Below, in pieces: positions 49,701 to 60,400 of a stretch of DNA of 64,000 nt. The notes under the pieces are model-generated. The model was not told the DNA's origin and did not search any database. It worked only from the letters and a program-made list of their open reading frames with translations. Source of the stretch: Zygnema circumcarinatum SAG 698-1b (Eukaryota > Plantae > Zygnematophyceae); the NCBI GenBank assembly GCA_037447605.1, contig CM074816.1, positions 573,873 through 637,872 of the forward strand, given 5' to 3'. A program made the translations under genes and the position numbers. Every line of letters begins with the position of its first letter. The first letter of the stretch is position 1.

Positions 49701-52221
49701 GATCAATAGCAAGTTCTGTCGGAAGGGTGAATTTTTTGCCTCTAATTTGTATTATGAGTTGGATTGGATGGCTATTCTTGCAGGTTTACATCATTGGAGG
49801 AGATGGAACTCAGCGAGGTGCGGATCTCGTTCACAAGGTCAGAGTCTGTCCCATTCGAAAAGTGGAGCTTTTGTCACCTTGACATCTGGACTCTTCAAGT
49901 TCTGAGTGGAAAGCCGGACCCTAAAGTATAATGTTTGGCGGATGAATTCCAGGAAATAATGCGGAGAGGACTGAAGGTGGCGGTAGCTGGAATTCCAAAA
50001 ACAATCGACAATGATATTGCGGTGGGTCCTACGGCGCTGTCCCTTGAGCCGCCTTCACACTCTTCAAGTCACAATCAGATAATCTGTCAGTCATACTTTT
50101 ACTTCTGAAATCATTGGAAGAAGGATGTAGGATGTATTCTGAAATGCTTTTGAAAATACTTCTTTATGTGCAGGTTATAGATAGGTCCTTCGGGTTTGAT
50201 ACAGCTGTGGAGGAGGCTCAAAGGGCTATCAATGCAGCACATGTGGAGGCGGAGAGTGTGGAGAATGGGCTCGGTCTTGTTAAGCTCATGGGCCGATATA
50301 GCGGTAAAGGCTTGGTGCTTAGGACGACCTTTTGGGGAACGCAACTTATCTGCATGAAAGAGAGAAAGCATGAACCAAGAAAAAACACTAACAAACCCAA
50401 CCAGAGAGGGCTTATACCACTGTCAGTGACAATATGTAAATGGGTTGATCAGTCGGCTTCAAGCTGTGTATACTGAGACCTGCTTCCTAACATTTTTGGT
50501 TTTTTCTCTCGTTTTCATTCAAGCGTTTTCTACTGCAATTTTATTGGGCTGTTATCTAGAGGTGGGACGATGTATGAGCTGAGCTTTGAGTTTCTATCGT
50601 GCAGGATACATTGCCATGTATGCGACTCTGGCAAGCCGCGATGTGGTGAGCCCTCAACACTCAGATTGTCACAATGCGAGTAGAAAGGGCAGCATCCTAT
50701 TGGCAATTCGAAGTCCTTACATATTGTTGAAACTAACATTGTTCTAATTAGGCGTTCCATTTGAAGGCATTCATTTGATATCGTTTTTCCTCTCCCCTTC
50801 CTGCTGCTATCTTGATCCCATCCCATACGATGTTCATGAATTCCAGCAGCCGCTCTTCTGTGAGTCCTTTGATTTAGCAGAGATACAAGGGTGTGTGTAA
50901 CTGTGCAGGACTGCTGCCTCATTCCTGAAGTGCCGTTTTATCTCGAGGGTCCGGGGGGCCTTTACGATTACATTCAGAAGCGGCTGCATGAGAATGGGCA
51001 CATGGTGCTGGTGGTGGCAGAAGGGGCTGGGCAGGACTTGGTCGCAAAAACAGTTGGGGAAGCAAGCGGGAGAGACAAATCAGGGAACCGCCTGCTTCAG
51101 GATGTGGGGCTGTGGCTATCGCATCATATCAAGGTGACAGCTCTGCAGGATGAGAACTCACTGCAGGAATTCACTTAGGGAGTAGACTTTGCTGATGAGC
51201 TTGACTTAGTCTACAATAGCTCTTAGCAATGGCTGAAGTGATAGTTACAAGCAGGAGGGTATTGGGTATGTTGGAGTCACTAGAGCCTTTCGGGTACTCG
51301 GACAATGTGACAATGCTGTTTGGCTGTGGCTGGTTTGCAGGACCACTTCACGCAAAAGCGTATGGAAATGAATCTAAAATACATTGGTATGCTGCCAACT
51401 TTTCCCTGCAAACTTTGAACTCACGTGGGGTTTGAAAATTGAGGGTGATACGCTTCAGGGTTATTCCCTGACTTTTGATGATGTTCTTTCTAGAATCTTG
51501 GAGAACCAACTTCTTAAAAAAAATAGCCGTCCGTTCTTGTTCCAGATCCAACTTATATGATTCGAGCCATCCCCAGCAACGCCTCTGACAATGTCTACTG
51601 CACTCTGCTGGCGCATAGCGCAATCCATGGAGCCATGGCGGGCTATACGGGATTCATTGTGGGTCCTGTAAATGGCCGCCATGCCTACATTCCCATCGCT
51701 GTGAGTATGCTTCTCCTATAGCTCGCGGAGTAAGTCTGCATTACCTCGAGCAGTAATGCAGATGACTATTTCCTACCAGATGTTTGCATTCTCCCTTCGA
51801 TAAGCCTCGAGTTGGGAAGCACGATGGTTTGAGTTTTGACGTCTCTGTCGGGTATATTTATTCCAATTTTAAAACATTGGGATCCTGGATGTCCTTGACT
51901 TCCTCTGCGCAGCGTGTGACGGAGACCACAAATGCGGTGAAGTTATCCGACCGCATGTGGGCACGTGTGCTCTCCTCCACCCAGCAGCCGAGCTTCCTCA
52001 CAGAAGCGGAGATCACCCAGAAGAGAGAACCTGTTGGAGCGGCAACCGGAGGCGGAAACGGCGGAGCAGTCAGCAGACCCCTTGCTGCATTGGCTCCAAA
52101 AAGCAGTTCACCTGTCCCGCTTGATGTTGCACCTCCTTCGCCTTCCCAGCCAGTGAAATCACTTTCTCCACCCAAAGATGATGCGGACGCAAACACCAGT
52201 TCGAGGCGTGCTGGGTCTTGA
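46762..52221 (+). CDS. PFK: ATP-dependent 6-phosphofructokinase (plant PFK, group A-like), about 14 exons
   Basis: [75 protein letters not shown] (GGDG indicates ATP type), [68 protein letters not shown]. Confidence 0.97.
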
Positions 52222-53290
52222 ATTGCCTGCAAGCACGGCGTCCGTACGGACCGCTGCTGTGTTCCTACCATAAGCCCTCATCCGTACACTCTGCTTCTCG
52301 AGCTCTGAAAGACCCTGTTGACCACATCCATGGATCAGGCAAGGTATGTGATGGGGCTTCCAACATTTGAAGCTGATGCTTCGTCATTGCGTTTAGCAGG
52401 AGAGACTTGGTAGAAGGAGAGATGAAGAGTGGGAGGAGAACGGCCCGACTCTCCCTTAGCCATCTTTCTAACCACCTTTGAATGGTAGGGTTAGTAGGCC
52501 TTGAAATGGCACCCCCATCCACCCTGTAGTTTTGTTGATATGTGTTCCTGAGTGTAGAAAAGCATTGCGGAGACTTTCTCTGGTGTACAGAATGGGGGGG
52601 GTGTGGGGTGCCACTTTGTGCCCTAAGGAGTGCGTGACGTAAGAATAAAGGGCACGTACGGTGGACGTGAAATTTCTACTCTAGTTGGTTGTCTGATAGG
52701 CCATCGGTTCTTGGCTGTGGCAAAGTGGGATATTCAAAATGGGGTGACGGGTTATCAGTTTCCTTGTTCGCAAAAAGAACAGAAAAAAAAAAGAAAAAGA
52801 AAAAGAAAAAAAAATCTGCCGACGGAAGAAGGTGGGTATCGATTCTAAAAAGGTGTGAAAAAAGCATTTTCCGTTTTTTCAAGGAAATTCAGTCGAATGC
52901 GCTAGCCTTCAGCTGTATTTCCTTGTGCTTTACCCCAAATTATCCGCCAAAAACACGGCGCTCGGTGAAAAACAATTCAAGAGATTCGAAGGCTCCATAG
53001 CCAATATGTTGTTGATCTACAAAAGCAGCCTGGTGGCTCAGAATCGCTACAGAATCGCTACAAGCGAACGCAGTGAGCGCCGCGCTACCGAAGGTAGTCC
53101 TTTTTGGAAATCTGCCCGGCCAGGAAGGGGTGTTTTGAAAAAAACGGGTGGAAATAACACTACCCTTCTTCTTTGTGGCACTTTTCCAAACCGGAATGGC
53201 CCAGGGAACAGAGTTTCGTGCCCACGAGTCACGGCATTTCTAGTCGACCATCATCCAATGGAATTTCGCCACGTCGTAAAAGCTATGCAT

Positions 53291-53478
53291 TAGGGGGAGT
53301 CAGACCTTGACCATCGCTTACGAAATTCCCGAATTCCATATACTAAAAGTCACTTCTTTCGTGTACGAATTCTGGATCGGGAGCCCAGCCGTACCAAAAT
53401 GCGTACCTAGCCAATGCTGAATTCGCCCGACAGGCTTACGAAATTGATTTGGCGATGGTCAAGGTCTGACTCCCCCTA
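53291..53478. mobile_element. MITE, 184 bp, with perfect 25-bp TIRs and flanking TA
   Basis: TA|GGGGGAGTCAGACCTTGACCATCGC (53293-53317) ... GCGATGGTCAAGGTCTGACTCCCCC (53452-53476)|TA; no coding capacity; internal direct repeat GCTTACGAAATT at 53316 and 53434. Confidence 0.85.
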
Positions 53479-54247
53479 TTTGGCGAGTTGTGAGTGGATG
53501 TTGCTGTACTGAAAGTCTACAGAGGGAGAAGGGCCCGACGTAGCGACCTGCGGCTTTTGTCGGCACGCTATTCGGCACGGCGGCACGAGCGTCCACGTGG
53601 GCGTCGCTCATTAGAGCACGTCACGCACAGCTCCGCCGCTCGCCGGCGCCGGCCGGCATTTTCCGCCGGTTGGTCCTGCTAGATAGTTCCCCTCTCCATG
53701 TGTGATTCCGTGGAAAATTTCAGCAAGTGATTACGTGGCGATATACATTGGACATATGTACAGTACTCGCAACGGACAAAAGCCGTACGCTTCCCGACAA
53801 CCTTGGCCGCCACTGCCGCCGCCTCCCAACAAACCGGCGGAAAAAAACCGACGGCGGCGGACCAACCGCCGAAGTGGGGCTATTTGGGTCTGCCCTCAAT
53901 CGGTTCTGCTAATACTGACGCGTGCGTGCCTCCTTCCCCTGCCCCTCCCTCTCCCTCCCTCCCTCTCGTCCTCCCTTCTTACTTTCCTCCGTCCTTTCCT
54001 CCCTCCCTCCCTCCCTCCCTCCCCTCCCTGCTCCCTCGCGCTGCTCTCTCGAGAAGTGGCTCCCACCATTTACTTCGTTTCGCTTCCCCTTGCTGGCTGG
54101 CGTCTCTCGTTTTGGCGTCTTGTGCCTTCGATTTTTAGGCAATCTTAAATTCCTTCAACAATATCCTTTTTTGAAACGAGTAGCAGAAAATATACAAGGC
54201 ATATGCTGGTCGCATCCTTTGGTATAATCGACAGACGGTAATTTTCT

Positions 54248-56631
54248 ATGCGCAGAACTACCTCGGGCAACTCCTACATCGCTCCGTTTAATTATGACGC
54301 AGGTGAGTGATAGGCAGCTCCTGCCCTTGCTAGGATGAAATGAAACGAAATCTGACTTCTGCAATTATCGAATAGCCAGCCTTGACAGAATCCGCAAATT
54401 CCGAGAAAAATATTTCCAGGAATAGCATACGATTGCGAAAATGAGTGTGCAACAAACGAGCACGTTAGAAAATTATTTCACTGATTTCTTAATTGTAGCG
54501 AGGCCCATGGATTATGTTACTATCGCATTCCTTCGATTTGTGCACAAATCGCTAAACATGGAGAGGTTCAGCTCCCCTGAGGACGGCCTGCACAAGGCAT
54601 GCAGGAATGAGGCAAGAGGGGCAAAATAGAACAGAACTGGTGAAGGATCACGGGAAGCAGGGCAGGGCTATGAAGTTAGAGAGAGGGTAAATTTGAAGGA
54701 GGAAAGGTAGTCTTTTTTAACCTCTTAAACTTTCAAGGCCTAATTCGTGAGCTTAAGAACAAGCATCCTGTTGATCCTGAAACTCTTCTATTGCATACAA
54801 TTTCTTTCCCTGCATTCGCTTGAAACCATCATCCTTTCATTACCCTTACATCATCTGCTTCCATGGCAACAAAAGTGTTTGAAGAAATATTAGCTCTGTC
54901 GAATGTGAGCGGCAAAAGTATCATTCCGTTTGCCTTTCCACGCTTAAGCCTGGCATGCGTCAAGCAATTCCTATTGCGTATAAAAGGGCAAAAAATGAGA
55001 ACTGCGCAAAAAATCACCAAATTTACAGTGGCTAATTCCTTCGTCGAGTTTTTTTTTTAATCTCTTGGTATTGTCTTTTCTCTCCTTCACCTGTCTTCCT
55101 TTTAAACACTCTCATAATCTTCCTATTTCACCTTGTCACTTGCTTTTGCTTTGCGTCAGATACCAGTCCCGACAATGGAGGATACGTGTATTACAGGATG
55201 CTGAGCAAAGCCAGCAATTCGGCGAATCTCTCAAGCCTTGCACAGGATGTGACGAATCTGTTTCCGTTTGATGTTGAGGCTCAAAATTTTCAGCCGGATG
55301 GAGGGTTTGTGCTGTCATACATCGATGTGGGATATTACAAGTGAGTGTGTTGGCATTCACCGCTGTTTGACTCTGAACAATGTACTTCGCGTGTCCATGA
55401 TATCTTCTCTATATTTCCTCCATTCCATTTATCGCCGCCATTCGAAGGTGGTCGATGTGGCGCCTCTGTGCTGCTTTGGGGATGGCAGAGGAGCAGAAGA
55501 GTGGAGCTGCATAGACCATCTTGGACTTGGTCATGCGTGCAGGGTCAACCTCATGTCTCGTTGAAATTGGTTGACACTCGAAAGCTGCAGGATCTGATTG
55601 TTGCTCACGAATTGAGTTTGTTGAAAGGCACCAATTTCTTCCTCCCAGTGCTTATCTATATTTTTGAAGATTTAGATGCTACGATGCTCGATGCAAAGCG
55701 CGGATATAGTGGCAGAACGAGTTTTATCCTTAAAGTCTTTCCACGTTTGTTAAACAGCAAAGCAGGAGTCGACGTCCATCGTATTTTTTATTCTTCCTGA
55801 GAGTTGCTGCATATGATGCGTTTTTTCGTTGTAGTGATTCTATGCAGCCCTTTTTCGTCTTTGGATTCAATGAGCAATAGCTTTATTCGGCAGCACCTTT
55901 CTGTTCATCCAAATGTGTTCTGCAGGCATGTTTGCGACTCTCTCCTTACTCTTGCATGTGTGTTTTTGGCGTTGCAGCTCTCATACAGATCTTGTGAACA
56001 CCTTCCAAGTCTGGCTGGCATGGACCTCGTCTGCGCGCTGGCCTCGGACATTTTGCTGTTTTCTCTACCCTGATGGTGGACTGCAAAAAAACAGTAAGCG
56101 ACCCTTAACTCTGAATGGCATATCTAGAAGTACCTTCGCTTTAGTTCAAGATTGAATGTTTTTGGAACTTTGAACTTCTAGAACCTCACTTTGGGAGCTG
56201 GACTCGTATTGTTTGTTTGTTTTAAAAAGTAGACAATTGAAGCCTCAGCTATAGTTCGAGCATCTGTGGCGTTCTACTATGTGGACGGCGTGTGGATGCA
56301 GCCCCAAGTCCAAATTTATTTGCATTCTTGGTCCCCCCCAGTATGCAACTCATGCAGCATTCATGAGTTGGATGCTCAGCATCCAACTGCCCTCCGGGGG
56401 TTGAAGGGATGTCCCTCATGCGCGCACAGCCCTCGCGTCCTCCGGCCCTCGCATGCAAACTTCCTCGGACCGCCCCGGCCGGAGGGCGACGAGGGCCGTT
56501 CGATTCGTCGACAGGACAAATGCGCTCCCTCCGATCCGCGACCGCTTGCAGCCTCTCACAGAATGCGACGTGGATGGGCCGTCGATTCGTCTCCGTACAC
56601 ACCCGTCAATGATGATGACGTGGCAACCTGA
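54248..56631 (+). CDS. NIDO (nidogen-like) domain-containing gene, spliced, no signal peptide; possibly truncated or decaying
   Basis: Exons 54248-54302, 55160-55340, 55978-56093 and 56248-(56631) join in frame through GT-AG introns (phases 1,2,1): YIAPFNYDADTSPDNGGYVYYRMLS...LAQDVTNLFP...NFQPDGGFVLSYIDVGYYNSHTDLVNTFQVWLAW...TFCCFLYPDGGLQKNTIVRASVAF. This matches the NIDO pattern IAPFWAD...G.VYYR...F.P...F.ATW..V.YY...NTFQ.VL....FLY..GL. Start and end are uncertain. Confidence 0.7.
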
Positions 56632-57408
56632 CCCAACGCCACATCATCGTGCGTGCAGGAAGAACTGTGCCACGTGGCAAGCAGTGTAGGCCGTGGTGTT
56701 GAATCTGCCACGTGTCCGTACGGGTGTACACGTTTTTCTGATTTAAATTTATTATTATTATTATAATTATAATTTTCCTCAGTCAGTTTTCTCTTCATGA
56801 AATTATTTCATTCTCTGCTCTTCATTCTGTGGGAGAAGTGAGAGGGGAAAGAGGAAGGGGAGAAGTGGGAGAGAGAGGCGAGAGGGAACGGGAGGGGGGT
56901 GGATAGAAGAATGAGAAAATGGGAGGTGAGGGAAGGAGAGCGGGAGAGGAGGGGGAGTGAAAGGAGAAGGGGAAGGAGCGCATTGTTCGGAGAAGCGAGA
57001 GGAGAAAAGGAGAGTGGGAGGGGTGGAGAAAGGGAGGGAGGAGACGAAAAGTGGTCCGGAAAGGGGATGGGGATAGGGAGAGATGGATGGGAGGGAAGGG
57101 GGAAATTGAGGGAGTATCGGAGAGGGAGGGAGGGATGGGGCCTGTACTGTGTCAGAGCAGGGTGATACCTCCCTCATCAAAGAATCCTTTGATTTATGTT
57201 TCTTTTAGAAGTGCGAATTGCAACTGGGGGAATTCCTGTTATATTTTGCACAATGCAGCTGAATTTTCATGTTGCAGCTATTTTGTAACTTGGAGTTGGG
57301 TGTTTTACTTTTTTCGGTGTTGTGTTTTATTTTTTTTCAGCATTTGACTCGCTTCTTTTTAAAAGGCTTCTACGGAAGGTTCCATGACCATTCTCAGTTT
57401 CAGTCATT

Positions 57409-60400
57409 ATGCAGAAATATTCGATTCTTGCGTATTGTTTGTTTATTTGAACTTCCTGATTCTCGATTTTTGCTTGTGCGGAGTTAAACGTGGGCCATTT
57501 GCACATTATAGTGGCAGAGCAGAAAAAAGTTCTTCTTTCCTCCCTCCCCTTCCGCCGCCCACTTCCCATTTTTTTCGTCCTTCTCCCACCCTGTCTTCCC
57601 TTCCTCGCTTGCCCTATCCCTCTCCTCTTCATTCCTCGTCGCTAACCCTCCTACTCTTCCTCCTCTTCCCAATCGTCTCTCTCCTCTCTCGTCTACCTTC
57701 CTTTCTTTCGTTACTCTTTCCTGCTCCTTCTGCCTGATCATACCTCGTTGCTCTTTTTCCTCTCGTGCTTTCGTCCCCTCCCCCTTCCCCGCTCTCCATT
57801 TTTCTCTGCCATTTGTCTCCTGCCTCCTTTTTCTGCTTCTTCTGTGCTTCTTCTCCTTACGTTTCCCTTCCCACCTAATCCAGCATGCTCTTTCCTTTCT
57901 CAATCCTCCTCTCCCCTGTCTGCCTTCTCCCTACTCCCTCCTGCCTGCTCTCATGCACTCTCCCTGCTGCATAATGTTTTCTACCTTCTGAATCCATCCT
58001 TTTATTTGCTTTTTGCTCATGTCTCACGTTTCCCTCCTCCTTCCTTTCACATTCCCCCCACTTTCCACCCGCCCTCCTACGCATCCTTCTCCCTCCCTCC
58101 TTTTTTCCTCCTGTTTCAGTTTCCCCTCGTTCCTCCTATCCTCTCTCCTTCCTTGACTCTCTCTCCTACTTCCCTCACTCCCCTCTCCTCTTCTCCCTTG
58201 TCTCCCCTTTGCCCTCCTGTTTCTCGCGTCTCTCTCTCCGCCCACCTCCGTCCTCCCTCCTTCTGCCTGCCTCCTCCCTCTCACATGTCCTTTCTGCTCC
58301 TTCCTCCCACTAAACTCTTTCATCCGGTCTCCTCCTTCCTCATATTGTCCCTCGTCCCTCCCACTTTCTGTTCACTTTCTCCTGTTCCGTCTTCCTCCCG
58401 CCTCTCCTGCCTCCGCCTTCTTCCTTCTCCTTCTCTCTGCCTTTCTCCTTTTCTTCACATTTTCCGGATACTCTCCCCTTCGTTTCTCATTCATCTATAG
58501 CTTTTTCTGCATTTGCTTTTTTGATCGTCTTTGTGGCCTCATTTCTTGCATGTTTTGTGCAGGCGAGGCCGAGTTGTGCCTTCAGCGATTGCTCTGCTCG
58601 CTTTGTTTTGTTTTGCTTCTTTCAAGAGAGCTGTCTGCGCAGTGAAGATCAACTCGACTCAAGCTGGTAAAGTCCTTTTCCCCTCTTTTTCCGCAGTTTC
58701 TACATCTTTCTCGACAGCAGGTTCAGCTTTACGTGCTCGTTTCGTTCCGAAAGAGTCAGTTATCACAGACGTTTTGAAGTCAGCATCGATGCATAACTCA
58801 CAGACTTCACATGACTTATTCGTTTCCCTTTCCTTTGGGGAAGAAGTGTGTGTAGAATAATATGAATGAAACACTTCTCTGGCTTTTCTTGGAAGTTCAG
58901 CTTTTGTGAATGATTTTGCTGCAGTCTCTACCCTGTAGCGAGTCTGCAGATTTACCTTAGTCTTTTGCAGAACTTAAAGTGATTGGGATAAATAATGCGG
59001 CTATGGACAGTCTGCAAAGATGGTTTCTCTCTGTTTCAGTCCAGTGTTTCATTGTGTTTCCTTGAGAAAAAAAACACATTTCTTTCTCCGGGTTAAAAAG
59101 AGTGTGGATAAACACCTAGGATGCTATGATTTGCAGTATCACCTGAGTCAAGTGATGAAGAAGTTAATGCACGTCTTTATGATTTTTGCGTATTCGTATC
59201 TGCATTACTTTGATTGAAGTTTGTGATGTACATCACTGGTCTTATATCTCCTGATCTTGATGGTGAACTTATAGTTTTCCCTGTGGCATGCATTCCTATT
59301 GTCAAGATATAGGAAAGTAGAGTACGAAGGACTGGCTTCAGAGGTATGAGAGCTATTGCTGCATGTGGTTTGCTTGAATCTTAAAGAAGCTTCCTGGTAT
59401 TGATTCGTTGTGAAAATCTTTGCATTGTCAGGGCTAGGGCAGCGATTCATAGTGGTCAAGCAACTTCGGGAAATTTCAAATGCCCCTTCTTCACTGAGTC
59501 TTTTGGAAATGTTTGCAGCTGTTTTACTCGACGTGGCTGAGAAACTGCACTCCGTCAACAACGTATTCTTCAAGTCGTGGAACGTATCCAATGACTGCAG
59601 CAAGTGGATTGGCGTGCAGTGCGATGAGCTTGGGAACGTGATTACATTGTGAGTATTCGTAACTTGCGAATGATGAACTATTTCCGAAGACTCAGCTTTT
59701 GCGTCTCCCAGTTGGTTTAGCATTTGGTTGAATAATGAATTTTTCGCCATACAGTCGTGAAAGCGTTTAGTGAATGTGGAGGCTCAGTCAGGAACGAGGT
59801 CCAGTTCAGTAACGGAGCAGAAATAATCAGGAGAAACCTTGCTGCGCTCATTTGGGTCGTCTTGTTTGGAAAGCTCGGAATTGGTTTCAATAGTTCTGAG
59901 GGTTTGTGTATCTCTCTATAACGTCGCCTTATTATCTAGTGACATGTCTGCAGTCAAAGACTGAGATTTCTGCAGAAGAATCACGCACGGACAGACAAGG
60001 GGGACTTTCTTTGCTGCAAGAACGCAAATTTGGGTTGCAGCACTGATTCATATAGACTAGGTTCAGCAATTAGAGGCCTGACTATGTTCTTAACCAGTGT
60101 TTCGGTCCTGGCATCTTGCGATTTTTACTCACTTGTGAATTCCTCCACAACCAAGAGTATGCTGCATGTGTGTTGCATTTTGAGGCCAAGAAGCTACTTT
60201 GTTCAAATGTTGTTGTTTTCTAGTTCGATTGTAGAAAAAAGTTGAACTACGAAAGTAATCAGTCTTGCCACCTGTCTTCACCCCCTGCAGGGTCATCACT
60301 CCCATCGATGTCACTCATCCAAACGGCACTGTCCTCATAAAAGCAACCGTTCCCACAGGTGCGGACGGACGAGTCATTCCCGTGGCTGACTTTTTCGGAA

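Noticed and set aside
51198-51240. C/D-box-like TGATGA...CTGA in a PFK intron
   Set aside because: Too short for a snoRNA and no convincing terminal stem; I recognised no tRNA, rRNA or snRNA genes anywhere in the window.
57484-58500. 250-aa Leu/Pro/Ser/Phe ORF and antisense Arg/Glu ORFs
   Set aside because: Products of the polypyrimidine tract, which fits inside a GT-AG intron of the LRR gene.
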